From positions 1 to 64,000 of the forward strand of contig JALTXX010000016.1 in NCBI GenBank assembly GCA_027046625.1: a stretch of DNA of 64,000 bases, given 5' to 3'. This document shows, in pieces, positions 19,942 to 29,685 of the stretch; position 1 is the first letter of the stretch; each line of letters begins with the position of its first letter. A program made the translations under genes and the position numbers. The notes below the pieces were generated by a model. It saw nothing but the letters and a program-made list of their open reading frames with translations. It searched no databases and was not told the origin of the DNA. This DNA is from Candidatus Micrarchaeota archaeon (GTDB lineage: Archaea; Iainarchaeota; Iainarchaeia; JAADDC01).

Positions 19942-20279
19942 GCTAACCACCCAATTGCACTCTCTACATAGGGTTTATACCTAATATCTAACTCCTCTAT
20001 TTTCTTTGCACCGCTCTTTACATATACTGCAAGCTCTATAACCTTTCTAGCGCAATTTGAGCAAAGGACGCCTCCAAATACTCTTTCCGGCCTTCTTTCA
20101 CTTTTTGATAGCTTCCTTACCTGGGAAGGCGTTTTTCCATGTGGCACGCCAAATAGCTCATTACCACATATAGCACATTTGTGTTTTGAGGGCTTCTCCC
20201 TTCTAAACCTTATTACTACTCTACCTCCTGGTGTTCTTACCTTAATCTTCTTTAGTCGCCTTTCCCTTGGTGCCGCCAA
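19938..20279 (-). CDS. rpl34e: 50S ribosomal protein L34e
   Basis: VRTPGG, CAIC, RPER.FGG.LC..C; probable TTG start after GGAGGTG. Confidence 0.95.
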   Translation of the reverse strand: MAAPRERRLKKIKVRTPGGRVVIRFRREKPSKHKCAICGNELFGVPHGKTPSQVRKLSKSERRPERVFGGVLCSNCARKVIELAVYVKSGAKKIEELDIRYKPYVESAIGWLA

Positions 20280-20598
20280 GGAGCACACCTCCTATATTTC
20301 CTATGAATATCCAGACTGCCATCCACAGGATTGCGTTCACCTCCCCTAGCGGAGTGGATACCCTTCCTAGTTGAAGGGCCCACCATGCCACCCCTAGGAG
20401 GGGGATCGTTATGAGTAAACGCTTGAGAACTATTTTATTTATTTCAGTGGTTGCTTTCTCCAACTCTTCATACCGTTCCTCCTTTAGCATGTTTATCATC
20501 TCTCTCATCTTCTCCTCTGATCTACTCTTTATGGTGTAAATGCGAAGGAGGAAAGACGTTAGAAAGGAAATGATAGCTATAGTTGCTGCTTCCAGCGT
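20242..20598 (-). CDS. DUF106/EMC3-TMCO1 family membrane protein; start uncertain
   Basis: Conserved position after adk; TM-coil-TM-TM pattern when extended upstream. Confidence 0.65.
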   Translation of the reverse strand, partial: TLEAATIAIISFLTSFLLRIYTIKSRSEEKMREMINMLKEERYEELEKATTEINKIVLKRLLITIPLLGVAWWALQLGRVSTPLGEVNAILWMAVWIFIGNIGGVLLGGTKGKATKED

Positions 20599-21140
20599 AG
20601 TAGCACCTCCCTTAGTTCAGCTTTGGCATCTTCTAATTTACCTTCCCTGTTTTTTATTATGTAAACGGGGCATCCCTTCTTAACCGAGTAGACCATGCTT
20701 ACTATTCTATTGAGGGATTGGTGAAGCTCTACGTCGGATTCTACACCTATTCCTCTCCTTCTGGGATCCCTATCCCTTCGGGATCTAATTTCTTCGGGAT
20801 CTGCCTCCACTATTACTATGAGAGAGATGGGTAATTCCTCCAGCACAAACTCTGGGAACCCTGGCATGAATCCTATTGGAGTTGCAATGGTTGCATGTGT
20901 ATCTAGCAGCATCGGCTTATCCATTTGGAGTACCTCCTTTGAGGCTATTCTATGGAGCTCCAAATAAGATTCTTCATCCAGAATCTCCCTTATCTTGTCT
21001 CTATCTTCTATGTTGTGTAGTTTCTTTGCAAGCTCAAAGAATACATCCCCGTAGTTAACCACATTTATACCTATATCCTTTGCAGCCTCTGCCAAAGAGC
21101 TCTTACCAACGCCAGGAACCCCTAGGAGTAGTGCTATCAT
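20577..21140 (-). CDS. adkA: Archaeal adenylate kinase
   Basis: GVPGVGKS, VNYGD, DTH, PGFP. Confidence 0.95.
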   Translation of the reverse strand: MIALLLGVPGVGKSSLAEAAKDIGINVVNYGDVFFELAKKLHNIEDRDKIREILDEESYLELHRIASKEVLQMDKPMLLDTHATIATPIGFMPGFPEFVLEELPISLIVIVEADPEEIRSRRDRDPRRRGIGVESDVELHQSLNRIVSMVYSVKKGCPVYIIKNREGKLEDAKAELREVLLRWKQQL

Positions 21141-22522
21141 TGTAGCACCTTCTTTAGGGCAGGGTACATCTCCAATACACGCTCTCTCATGATAATCTCA
21201 TAGTAGCGGTAGATGATGTCCACAGCAAGCAATATACCCATCCCACTTTCTAAACCTCTAAATACATCTGTAAACCCTGCAACCAGGCCCACAAAGGCAG
21301 AGCCAAGCACCGCTACCTTTGGAATATACTTTTCTAGGATCTTCTCCAGTACCCTTGGATCTCTTCTAAATCCGGGAATGGACATACCGGAGGAGGCCAG
21401 TTGTTGGGCTATTTGTTGTGGCCCGTGTCCTGATAGTTCTATCCATAGCTTTCCAAAGGCAATGGCAGTAATGGTAAGGAGAAATATGTACACTATAGCA
21501 TGGAACACGTAAAATGGTAGATTCTCTGTGATCACCCCGGTGGAGATAAACTTTACAATCTCATCCATGAGTTGGGTGGGTGGTTGCACAAAGTATGCTA
21601 ACCCTCCCACCAACCTATACGACACACCACCCTCCGTGGTAACTTTCTCATATACACCAAGGATGGGTGAGAGAGGAGTATCCTTTGCAAGGAACGCCCA
21701 GAGCTGGATGTTGGCAAAAAGGGCTACCGCAAAGATTACAGGAATGTTTGAGAGGTAAAGCAGCCTTATGGGATACCTTCCTCCTATCCCTCTACCTATT
21801 GACATGGCAATGGGGATGTCTATCCTTATCCCTTCTGCGTATATGATTATGAGAAATACGAGGAATGTTACGATGTATGGAATTAGGGCTGTCCACCACA
21901 CGGGAGATCCTACACTTATGGAGTTAAGGAGCGTCATAAGCTGGCTTTCGGGATGTATGCCAAATCCTCTCCAGAACAGGGATTTGGTAACATTTGCAGC
22001 TATGAAGAGGGAGATACCACTTCCTATACCCCACTTTGTAACAACTTCATCCAGGTAGATGAGTATAATAGAACCAAGTGCTATCTGAAGGATAAGAATC
22101 AGTTCCATGCCAGGATATGCGGTGAGGAACCCCGTCGAGGTGAAGATCCACGCCTCAAAGAAGGAGAAGAATACGGCAAGCAGCTTTTGTAGTCCCATAA
22201 AGGTTCTCCTGCCTTCCTCTGTGCGTATGTTTATATTTAGCATGCCGGACCCCACAAGAAGCTGGAGTATAATGGAAGCCACAACGATGGGCCCTATACC
22301 TATCGCAAGGATGGATCCAAGATTGGAGGCGAGTATTACCTGAAAGGCCTCGGGAGCTTGACCACGTATTGATTGTAAACCATAAGGAGGTATATGAGAG
22401 AGGATGTAGAAGAGGATGAGCACACCCAAGGTCCAAAGAAGACGGGTTTTAAAGGGAGGCGGTATCTTTGGGGTCTCTACCTCTGGAAGAGATCTCCAAA
22501 TGGGTTCAAGCCTTTCTATCAT
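21137..22522 (-). CDS. secY: Preprotein translocase SecY
   Basis: GIGPIV, KWGIGSGISLFI, SNIP, IPGFRRD. Confidence 0.98.
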   Translation of the reverse strand: MIERLEPIWRSLPEVETPKIPPPFKTRLLWTLGVLILFYILSHIPPYGLQSIRGQAPEAFQVILASNLGSILAIGIGPIVVASIILQLLVGSGMLNINIRTEEGRRTFMGLQKLLAVFFSFFEAWIFTSTGFLTAYPGMELILILQIALGSIILIYLDEVVTKWGIGSGISLFIAANVTKSLFWRGFGIHPESQLMTLLNSISVGSPVWWTALIPYIVTFLVFLIIIYAEGIRIDIPIAMSIGRGIGGRYPIRLLYLSNIPVIFAVALFANIQLWAFLAKDTPLSPILGVYEKVTTEGGVSYRLVGGLAYFVQPPTQLMDEIVKFISTGVITENLPFYVFHAIVYIFLLTITAIAFGKLWIELSGHGPQQIAQQLASSGMSIPGFRRDPRVLEKILEKYIPKVAVLGSAFVGLVAGFTDVFRGLESGMGILLAVDIIYRYYEIIMRERVLEMYPALKKVLQ

Positions 22523-22899
22523 GCCTTTATCACCGCTTTACCTCCAGCCTTCTCAATCTTTTCCTTTGCCTTCTCTGAGAATTGAGGAGCTATAACCGTG
22601 AGGGGTGTGGAGATGGTGCCTCTGCCCAATACCTTATCATACCCTAATTTGGTTAAGTCTATTTCGTTGCCCTCTGCTATCCTTTCCAACTCCCCTACAT
22701 TTATGGTTCTGAGGCTCTTCTTCTTTGGAGGTCTGAAACCCTTTCTTTCAATGGATAGTGAAAGGTGCTTCTTATGATCCCATGCACCTGCCCTTCCTCT
22801 GCCTCCCTTTATACCCTTTCCTCTTCTATTCTTTGTATCTCCATGATAACTCCTATTTCCAAGCTTTTTCCTATACTTTGAACGTCTCCTTACTACCAT
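22519..22899 (-). CDS. rpl15: 50S ribosomal protein L15
   Basis: GGRGRAG, KVLGRG, AKEKIEKAGG. Confidence 0.95.
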   Translation of the reverse strand: MVVRRRSKYRKKLGNRSYHGDTKNRRGKGIKGGRGRAGAWDHKKHLSLSIERKGFRPPKKKSLRTINVGELERIAEGNEIDLTKLGYDKVLGRGTISTPLTVIAPQFSEKAKEKIEKAGGKAVIKA

Positions 22900-23348
22900 T
22901 ACATCATCCTCCTGAGTAGGGCATTGATCTCTTTTCCTCTATATCCAAGGTCTCCACCCACCCTGAAGGGTAGTTTTATGGATTTGTAGCCCTTTCTAGG
23001 TGGGTGGAGCCTGAAGGGATCAATATAGTCATGCAGTTTTAGCTTATTCTGGATAGCATTCTCTACAATATCATCAAATTTCATTTGGAAAAGAGATTCT
23101 AACTCTTCTTTTGAGAGCTTTCTGTTCCCTTTTTCTGCTCTTTTGAGCAGCAGGTCGGAAAGAGTATCCCTTTCTACTTCACCCCATGTAATGTAATCCT
23201 TTGATTTTTGGAGCATTCCTTTGTATACATCGGTTTCTGGTATTACAACAGCGTGGTTTATCCTAGTAAGTTTTAATCTTCTTAGAGTCTCCTTTATATC
23301 CCTCCTTACGCCGGTTCTACCCCTTATTCTAACCACTGCATATGCCAT
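22899..23348 (-). CDS. rpl30: 50S ribosomal protein L30
   Basis: AVVRIRG, ITWGE, FRLHPPRKG. Confidence 0.96.
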   Translation of the reverse strand: MAYAVVRIRGRTGVRRDIKETLRRLKLTRINHAVVIPETDVYKGMLQKSKDYITWGEVERDTLSDLLLKRAEKGNRKLSKEELESLFQMKFDDIVENAIQNKLKLHDYIDPFRLHPPRKGYKSIKLPFRVGGDLGYRGKEINALLRRMM

Positions 23349-23977
23349 TACCAATCCACCCCTACCTTGAGGAGATCTTCCTTCCTTAGTCGTGTGGAAT
23401 AGGTCTTTTTGAGAGCATCTATGGTTGCAAGAGCAAAGTTAATGGTGGTGCGCGTGTTTCCGAACCCTTTACCCCACACATCCTTTATACCTGCGAGCTG
23501 TAGTACGGGTTTGATGGCATCTGCAACAGCCAGTCCTATACCTCTAGGAGCGGGCTTCAGCACCACTCTAACAGAGCCAGACTTGCCTTCTACCTGGAAG
23601 GGAATAGAGTGTGAGAGATTACATCCACACTCCCAGGATCCACACCCTCTTCTAACCCTTATGATATTTAGCTTTGCATCGTTTATGGCCTTCTCAAGTG
23701 CTATCCTCCTTTCTGACGCCTTCCCTATGCCTACACCTACATATCCATTCTCATTACCCACCACTACTGCTACCTGAAATGCCCTTCTCCTTCCGGAGTC
23801 TGTCACTCTTACGGTTACCTTTGTATCGAGTATTACCCTCTTAAGGTTGGGAAGAAGAGTATCCACAATTTGCGGCTCTAGGAGCGGGAGATTTGTGGCT
23901 AGAGCTTCTTCCATGGAGTTTATCTGTCCGGATGCAACCATCTTACCTAGTTTAGTTTTTGGAACCCAGTCGCTCAT
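23348..23977 (-). CDS. rps5: 30S ribosomal protein S5
   Basis: WVPKTKLG, RGCGSWEC, PAPRGIG. Confidence 0.97.
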   Translation of the reverse strand: MSDWVPKTKLGKMVASGQINSMEEALATNLPLLEPQIVDTLLPNLKRVILDTKVTVRVTDSGRRRAFQVAVVVGNENGYVGVGIGKASERRIALEKAINDAKLNIIRVRRGCGSWECGCNLSHSIPFQVEGKSGSVRVVLKPAPRGIGLAVADAIKPVLQLAGIKDVWGKGFGNTRTTINFALATIDALKKTYSTRLRKEDLLKVGVDW

Positions 23978-24549
23978 CCTATCACCTTCTTCATCTCCTC
24001 TACATGTTTGGGTAGATCCTCGGGTTTCAGTCCCCTCTTAAGGTAGGAAGAGAACTGCTTTTCATACCTTTCGCTTCCTTGGAGGGAGGCAGCATACTCT
24101 GCAATATGCTTTCCTAATATCCTTTCCTCTGAGGGCAGCGCTTCCTCAGAGTGAGGGACATCCAAACCACCATCCAGAGCTCCCTTTAGCACAGCAAACA
24201 CAGTGGACCCGTGAACGGGGGTGTGGCTGCCAATGTCTAGCACTGCCTTCTTCACACCCTTTTCTTTTGCCTTCTTTGCTATGAGAAGACCGAGTAAATA
24301 GCCAGCGGGTGTGTTTGCAGGGTGTCCCTTCCATCCCATCTTTATGAGCTCCCTGCTGTTAGTTTGGGCAATTATCCTGTCCCCTGTGGGAGAAAATTCT
24401 ACGAGCTGGACGATGATAGAATTGTTAAATACCCTTACAACTAGTCGAGGCTTACCACTCTTTATAAGGGCAATTCTTTTCCAATATCGAGTCTTCCCCT
24501 CTCTAATTCTTCTTAGCCCCACTCTATAGTGTGCTCCGCTTCCCATCAT
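23974..24549 (-). CDS. rpl18: 50S ribosomal protein L18
   Basis: REGKT.Y..R, RLVVR, NTPAGYL. Confidence 0.96.
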   Translation of the reverse strand: MMGSGAHYRVGLRRIREGKTRYWKRIALIKSGKPRLVVRVFNNSIIVQLVEFSPTGDRIIAQTNSRELIKMGWKGHPANTPAGYLLGLLIAKKAKEKGVKKAVLDIGSHTPVHGSTVFAVLKGALDGGLDVPHSEEALPSEERILGKHIAEYAASLQGSERYEKQFSSYLKRGLKPEDLPKHVEEMKKVIG

Positions 24550-24980
24550 CTCTCCTCCAACAGTTCTGCAAGGTGGGCTTTGCTCCTAATGAATCCACCC
24601 TTTGCCTGTCTGTAGAGTCTTCTATAGAGGGAGCGTGATATTATACCCTTTGCTCTTAGAGTTTTAAGAGCCCTCCTTATGGCTCTTATCCTCCTCATCC
24701 AGTACTCTTTTCTGTCCATTCTAGCTGACGGCTTCCCTTTTCTAGACCCTGGACCCCTCCTTCTACCTTTTCTCTTCTTTTCTCTCCTCTCCCTTCTCCT
24801 GTGGCCCGCTTGACCCTCCTTTTGGAGTATCTTGATCACTCCCCTCTCTACCAATTTTCTCAGATCATCCTTTGTAAGGGCAGATTCTACCTCTTCTATC
24901 TTTGTAGGATCTATCCAAACTCTCTTCTTGCCTACTTCATATATTTGGGCCACTAACTCCCTTGCTCTCTCCACCTTCAT
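24546..24980 (-). CDS. rpl19e: 50S ribosomal protein L19e
   Basis: RVWIDP, GPGSRKG, YRQAKGG. Confidence 0.96.
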   Translation of the reverse strand: MKVERARELVAQIYEVGKKRVWIDPTKIEEVESALTKDDLRKLVERGVIKILQKEGQAGHRRRERREKKRKGRRRGPGSRKGKPSARMDRKEYWMRRIRAIRRALKTLRAKGIISRSLYRRLYRQAKGGFIRSKAHLAELLEER

Positions 24981-25306
24981 GGATTGATCACCCTTAAACC
25001 AAGTTCCTCAGCCCTCTTTAATATGAGTTCCCTTTTTCTTTTTCCTACTGTGCTACCAATCCTTACAACAACATTCTTTAACCCCTCAAGTTCCGAGGGG
25101 TTATATACTATCACTTCGGGCATGCCAGAGGGATGCAAATATCTTAGATCTTTCCTGTTCCTGTAACCGATCTTTACTATTCTTCCTTTCTCCTTTCTTT
25201 CTACTCTCTTAGGAGAGTCTATACCCCTTGGTTTGCGCCAGCTCATCTTGAGCCTTCTCTTTCCAGGTGTTCTCTGCCTTATGAATCGAAACCTTCTTCT
25301 CTTCAT
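24977..25306 (-). CDS. rpl32e: 50S ribosomal protein L32e
   Basis: WRKPRGIDS, HPSG. Confidence 0.95.
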   Translation of the reverse strand: MKRRRFRFIRQRTPGKRRLKMSWRKPRGIDSPKRVERKEKGRIVKIGYRNRKDLRYLHPSGMPEVIVYNPSELEGLKNVVVRIGSTVGKRKRELILKRAEELGLRVINP

Positions 25307-25845
25307 CCCCAAACCCCCTTCTCGTAGATATATATACCATCCTGGAACTTTCTTGGATCGAAGGACGGAGGAAGCTTGGTAGCTATTTCCAATCTGCCAG
25401 CCATCATGCCAGCAGCTTCCTTATCTATAGACTCTACAACAATGTCCTTACCTTTTATCTCTACCTTCACATTGGGGGGAACTTCTACCTCTATAGGTGT
25501 TTTTGCTCCTCTAAGGTTGGTTATTATTACTTTATTGCCTTTCACTTCAACTTTCATGGGGAAGTGAGCGTACACAACTTTCAGTATATATTTCCACGGC
25601 TTCTGTACACCCATTATCATATTCTTTATATGTGATGCCACAGCTCCTGCAGTAGCTCTCACCTTTCTCCTATTGGATACCGCTCTTATCTTTATGATAT
25701 TGTTCTCTACTGTGATGTCAACACCCTTCATCTTGGAGAAATCCCTCTTTAGAGTTCCGAGAGGTCCGCTAACCTCTACTTCTGGATAATTAACCCTTAC
25801 GGATATCCCCTCGGGCACCTCTATGCTCCATTCCCTCCTGAACAT
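25303..25845 (-). CDS. rpl6: 50S ribosomal protein L6
   Basis: YAHFP, DPRKFQDGIY. Confidence 0.96.
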   Translation of the reverse strand: MFRREWSIEVPEGISVRVNYPEVEVSGPLGTLKRDFSKMKGVDITVENNIIKIRAVSNRRKVRATAGAVASHIKNMIMGVQKPWKYILKVVYAHFPMKVEVKGNKVIITNLRGAKTPIEVEVPPNVKVEIKGKDIVVESIDKEAAGMMAGRLEIATKLPPSFDPRKFQDGIYIYEKGVWG

Positions 25846-25853
25846 CTTATCAC

Positions 25854-26246
25854 CTAATACACATAGGCTATGAGCCTGCCCCCTATGCCTTCCCTCTTCG
25901 CATCCTCATTTGTCATAAGTCCCTTAGGGGTGGACACTATAAGCATGCCGATGCCCCTTGCAGGGAGGAACCTCTGCTCCCATTTGGTCCACTCATCCTT
26001 TTTTACGGGGAACCTTGGCTTTATGGCTCCTGTGTCTACAATCTTTCCCGCAAGGGATACCTTAACGAGTCCCTCTCTACCATCATCTATAAACTCATAG
26101 GAGTTTATGTATCCGTGATTCCTTAGGATTTCAAGTACATTTAGAAGTAGTTTTGAGGCTGGATACACTACAATCTCTCTCTTCCCTACTCTTTCCGCAT
26201 TCTTTATCGCGTTTAGGGCATCTGCTAGGGGATCGAGCCGGCTCAT
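25854..26246 (-). CDS. rps8: 30S ribosomal protein S8
   Basis: DPLADAL, IKPRFPV, STPKG, GG.LIAYVY. Confidence 0.97.
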   Translation of the reverse strand: MSRLDPLADALNAIKNAERVGKREIVVYPASKLLLNVLEILRNHGYINSYEFIDDGREGLVKVSLAGKIVDTGAIKPRFPVKKDEWTKWEQRFLPARGIGMLIVSTPKGLMTNEDAKREGIGGRLIAYVY

Positions 26247-26255
26247 TCCATCACC

Positions 26256-26411
26256 TCAGTAGTAGTTCTTGAAGCCAAGCTCCTCTGCTACCAGTTTGAA
26301 GCATTGTCTACACAGCATAAGATTATATTTTCTAATTACTGCCTGAGCCCTTCCGCATCTCCTGCATTTGACGTTTTTTCCATGTCTTGCACGGGGTCTT
26401 CTCTTACCCAT
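26256..26411 (-). CDS. rps14: 30S ribosomal protein S14 (51 aa; absent from ORF track)
   Basis: CRRCG...IRKYNLMLCRQCF...GF. Confidence 0.95.
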   Translation of the reverse strand: MGKRRPRARHGKNVKCRRCGRAQAVIRKYNLMLCRQCFKLVAEELGFKNYY

Positions 26412-26412
26412 A

Positions 26413-26934
26413 CTACACTACCTCCACACCGTAGGTTTCTTTAACGAATTGGATAGCTTCATCCCGGGTGATGAGATGATGCTTACCTATCCTAGAGGGA
26501 AGCCTCTTCCTTCTTTTAACTCTGTATCCAGGTCTTTCCAGAGTTACAGATACATCCATTCCAAAGATACCGATCTTAGGGTCATACTTCATGCCAGGAA
26601 TCTGAATGTACTCCTCTATGCCAAAGGAGAAATTGCCTGTATTGTCAAAATTCCTTTCGCGGAGTTTGTTGTTAACTGCTGAGAGAAGGAGCTTGAGCAA
26701 TTCTTCTGCCTTTTCCCCTCTTACTGTTACCTTTACTCCTATAGGGAGGCCGGGTCTTATACCCCAGCGTTGTACCCTTTTCTTGGCCTTTGTTCTAACA
26801 GGCTTCTTATCATAGTTAACAAGGGAGAGTATCCTCTTCAATACCTCCTCTGCTTTCTCTAATCGCTCTCCAGGTTCTCCCACACCTATGTTGAGGGTAA
26901 CCTTTTCCACCCTTATGGTCCTCATGGGGTTCAT
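26413..26934 (-). CDS. rpl5: 50S ribosomal protein L5
   Basis: NPMR, GNFSFGI, YDPKIGIFGMD. Confidence 0.97.
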   Translation of the reverse strand: MNPMRTIRVEKVTLNIGVGEPGERLEKAEEVLKRILSLVNYDKKPVRTKAKKRVQRWGIRPGLPIGVKVTVRGEKAEELLKLLLSAVNNKLRERNFDNTGNFSFGIEEYIQIPGMKYDPKIGIFGMDVSVTLERPGYRVKRRKRLPSRIGKHHLITRDEAIQFVKETYGVEVV

Positions 26935-26943
26935 TTTAACACC

Positions 26944-27669
26944 TCACAGTGTTATTGCGGGGGCCTTCTCCCCTACCACGAACACGTTCTTCTGCGCAGT
27001 TTCTATAGTTGTGCCTTCAACTTCCACCTTTACAAGCTTTGGCCTGAGCATGTCACCCTCTTCTACCTCTTTTATGGTACCTACTGTGCCTGCATGCCTG
27101 CCGGAGAGTATGTATACCAGATTCCCTGGAGAAAGTCTGTATATCTCCTCAATATCCTGAGAGGGTATCCTTATCTTTAGTACATCACCTGGTTTGGCGT
27201 CACTCTCTTTTACCCTGAAGGTTCTGCCATCGTTTGTGGTTAATTGAATGAGTCCGCCTCTTATCATCATCTTCTTTTCCACCCTAACAAGCTTATAATC
27301 CTTCTCCTCCTCGGATATCTCCTTCAAATCCAACCTTCCCTTTGGATCAAGCACTACTCTGTAAGATTTTCCTATCTTTGGTATAAAGACTGTATCAAAC
27401 AATCCTACGGGGAATTTAGGGTCTTTAACAACTCTTCCATCTATGAGAATCTCGCCTCTTTTTATAATCTTATCTGCCTCTCTTCCTGTGGTTGCGAAAC
27501 CGAGATAGTCCCTTACTAACACCCTGAGAGGAATAGCCTCCTCTATGGAATGGGGGCCGGGAGAAGGTTTTGTAATCCATACCCCGTATCTTCTCTTTCT
27601 TCTAATAAACCAAGATGCTGGAGCTGCAATGCGCTTCAGATGCCTTCTGCCTCCGCCTACTAGCGCCAT
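26944..27669 (-). CDS. rps4e: 30S ribosomal protein S4e
   Basis: HLKR.AAP..W, PGPH, FPVGLFD. Confidence 0.96.
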   Translation of the reverse strand: MALVGGGRRHLKRIAAPASWFIRRKRRYGVWITKPSPGPHSIEEAIPLRVLVRDYLGFATTGREADKIIKRGEILIDGRVVKDPKFPVGLFDTVFIPKIGKSYRVVLDPKGRLDLKEISEEEKDYKLVRVEKKMMIRGGLIQLTTNDGRTFRVKESDAKPGDVLKIRIPSQDIEEIYRLSPGNLVYILSGRHAGTVGTIKEVEEGDMLRPKLVKVEVEGTTIETAQKNVFVVGEKAPAITL

Positions 27670-27670
27670 G

Positions 27671-28003
27671 CTATAACCTCCTGCTATCTCCTCTCTCAAT
27701 ATCTATGATCATTACCTTGGATGGATGGATAGGCACCATTACCTCTCTTCCATCGCTTCTTTTTTGAGTAACACCCTCTACATATACCCTAAATCTTTTG
27801 AGGGATACCCTTGCAACCGTTCCCTCTCTTCCTCTGAACTTCCCCCTGAGTATTATTACTCTGTCCCCCTTTCTTACAGGGAGAGATCTTACGCCAAGCT
27901 CCTTTCTCAACTCTTTGGATAGAGGAGCAGATACCATCTTCTGCCTTCTGTGTAGAGGAGCGTTAAAGTGCCTTTTCCTTTGTTTTCTTGGCTGAGAGCT
28001 CAT
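27671..28003 (-). CDS. rpl24: 50S ribosomal protein L24
   Basis: [18 protein letters not shown]. Confidence 0.97.
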   Translation of the reverse strand: MSSQPRKQRKRHFNAPLHRRQKMVSAPLSKELRKELGVRSLPVRKGDRVIILRGKFRGREGTVARVSLKRFRVYVEGVTQKRSDGREVMVPIHPSKVMIIDIERGDSRRL

Positions 28004-28398
28004 ACTATCACCGCCGCAATACGAGCCACCTTAGGATACCTCTCTCCAACCTCCCTTGCTATAGGACCCTTTATCTCTGTACCTCTAGGCTCTCCCTTTT
28101 CGTTAACTATAACAGCTGCGTTGTCCTCAAATCTTACTCTTGTGCCGTCAGGTCTTCTAAACTCCTTTCTCTGACGTACCACAACAGCTCTGAATACCTT
28201 TCCCTTCATATCAGGCTTCCCCTTTGTAACAGACACGATGATCATGTCTGCGATACCAGCCGAAGGCCTTTGCCTTTTCCTTCCCTTATACCCTATTACG
28301 CCAATCATCTTCAGCTCCTTCGCTCCAGTGTTGTCCGCGCACACTAAGAAGGTACCCACTTGTATACCCTTTGTAACGGAGGTACCTATGGCCTTCAC
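28000..28398 (-). CDS. rpl14: 50S ribosomal protein L14
   Basis: ADNTGAK, FEDNAAV. Confidence 0.97.
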   Translation of the reverse strand: MKAIGTSVTKGIQVGTFLVCADNTGAKELKMIGVIGYKGRKRQRPSAGIADMIIVSVTKGKPDMKGKVFRAVVVRQRKEFRRPDGTRVRFEDNAAVIVNEKGEPRGTEIKGPIAREVGERYPKVARIAAVIV

Positions 28399-28739
28399 TG
28401 GGCATCACCCCTCTTTGTTACCTGAAGCACTACAAAGGCTACTGTTTTTGCAAGCTTTCTGGTTTCTCCTATGATGACCTCATCTCCCTCTTTTGCGTTT
28501 ATACAGGGGGGATTGTGGGCGTGAATCTTGTATCTAACCCTCTTGTAACGTTCATATTTTGGAACGTAAACTACACCTTCAATCATGACGGTTACTGTGC
28601 GCTGCATTCTGTCAGAAACCACTCTACCTTTTAATACTTGCCCCCTTACTCTCACAGATCCGTGATAGGGGCATTTTTTGTCGTTGCAGTCGGTTGACGG
28701 TGGTTCAAATGCCCTTCCAGCAATGGTAAATCCACTCAT
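28395..28739 (-). CDS. rps17: 30S ribosomal protein S17
   Basis: C.D.KCPYHG, KYERY, AHNPPC. Confidence 0.96.
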   Translation of the reverse strand: MSGFTIAGRAFEPPSTDCNDKKCPYHGSVRVRGQVLKGRVVSDRMQRTVTVMIEGVVYVPKYERYKRVRYKIHAHNPPCINAKEGDEVIIGETRKLAKTVAFVVLQVTKRGDAQ

Positions 28740-28790
28740 ATTTTCCTCCCGGGGAGTCTGACCCCCACCATATGGAGCAAAGATACCTTT

Positions 28791-29138
28791 TTATTGCTTC
28801 TGTAAATAGCGTTTCATACAATCTTCCCAATCCTTGAATGTTAGAGGGCGCCTTCTAAGGTACCTTTTGTAGCCCCTTTTAGTTCTTTCGTGGGGTCTGA
28901 GGAATATTTCATCACCCCTTACGATGGTCCATCTCCTTCCCTCTATGTGGAAGCAAAAAGTTCCATTTTTCTTGGAAACAACTTTTACACCATCTTTAGT
29001 TAGGACGTGGATCGTCTTAAGGGTTTCGTTTACAACGATACCCCTTATTCCTATTAGAGTGGGGTCTGTGTGGTTTATAACCACCACTTCTCTTCCAATA
29101 AGCTCGTGTATGATGATGTTCTTTGGATTCGGAGGCAT
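28791..29138 (-). CDS. rnp1: RNase P protein Rpp29/Pop4
   Basis: HELIG, G.VVNET, RPHER; synteny. Confidence 0.93.
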   Translation of the reverse strand: MPPNPKNIIIHELIGREVVVINHTDPTLIGIRGIVVNETLKTIHVLTKDGVKVVSKKNGTFCFHIEGRRWTIVRGDEIFLRPHERTKRGYKRYLRRRPLTFKDWEDCMKRYLQKQ

Positions 29139-29140
29139 GA

Positions 29141-29449
29141 TTATAATACCTCGATGTTTTCTTCCTTGAAACCTTCTTCCAGAAGAAATTCCTTTACCTT
29201 CCTCCTGTGATCCCCTTGTAGCTCTATGGTATTGTCGTATGCAGTTCCTCCACAGCCTAGCTTTTTCTTTAGCCTTTTTGCCAATCCTTTTATGTCTATG
29301 GAGTCATCAAAACCTGTTATTATGGTTACAAGTCTGCCAAACTTCCGCTTATCAACCCTTATCTTTAATTTTAATTGCTCTCGAGAAAATGCTTCCGCAT
29401 CTACCAAATCTTCAGGAAGCCCGATAACGTCCTTCAGATCCTTTGCCAC
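29141..29449 (-). CDS. sui1: Translation initiation factor SUI1/aIF1
   Basis: LKKKLGCGGT, IELQGDHR. Confidence 0.95.
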   Translation of the reverse strand: MAKDLKDVIGLPEDLVDAEAFSREQLKLKIRVDKRKFGRLVTIITGFDDSIDIKGLAKRLKKKLGCGGTAYDNTIELQGDHRRKVKEFLLEEGFKEENIEVL

Positions 29450-29490
29450 CGCCGATGACCACCCCTTAACTAATTAGCCATCCGGCATTT

Positions 29491-29685
29491 TTATTGGTTG
29501 CCCTCCCTTAGGATGGTAAGTATACGGGCAATATCCCTCCTTAACTGTCTTATCTTCCCTGGATTCTCCGGTCTGGTACCAGCCTCTACTTGGGCCCTCA
29601 GCTTCGAGAGCTCAGCTCTAAGACTGTTTAGCAGATTCCTCAGTTCCTCCTTGGACTTCTGCCTTAGTTCTTTCGTCTTCAACAT
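29491..29685 (-). CDS. rpl29: 50S ribosomal protein L29
   Basis: ENPGKIR..RRDIARILT. Confidence 0.95.
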   Translation of the reverse strand: MLKTKELRQKSKEELRNLLNSLRAELSKLRAQVEAGTRPENPGKIRQLRRDIARILTILREGNQ

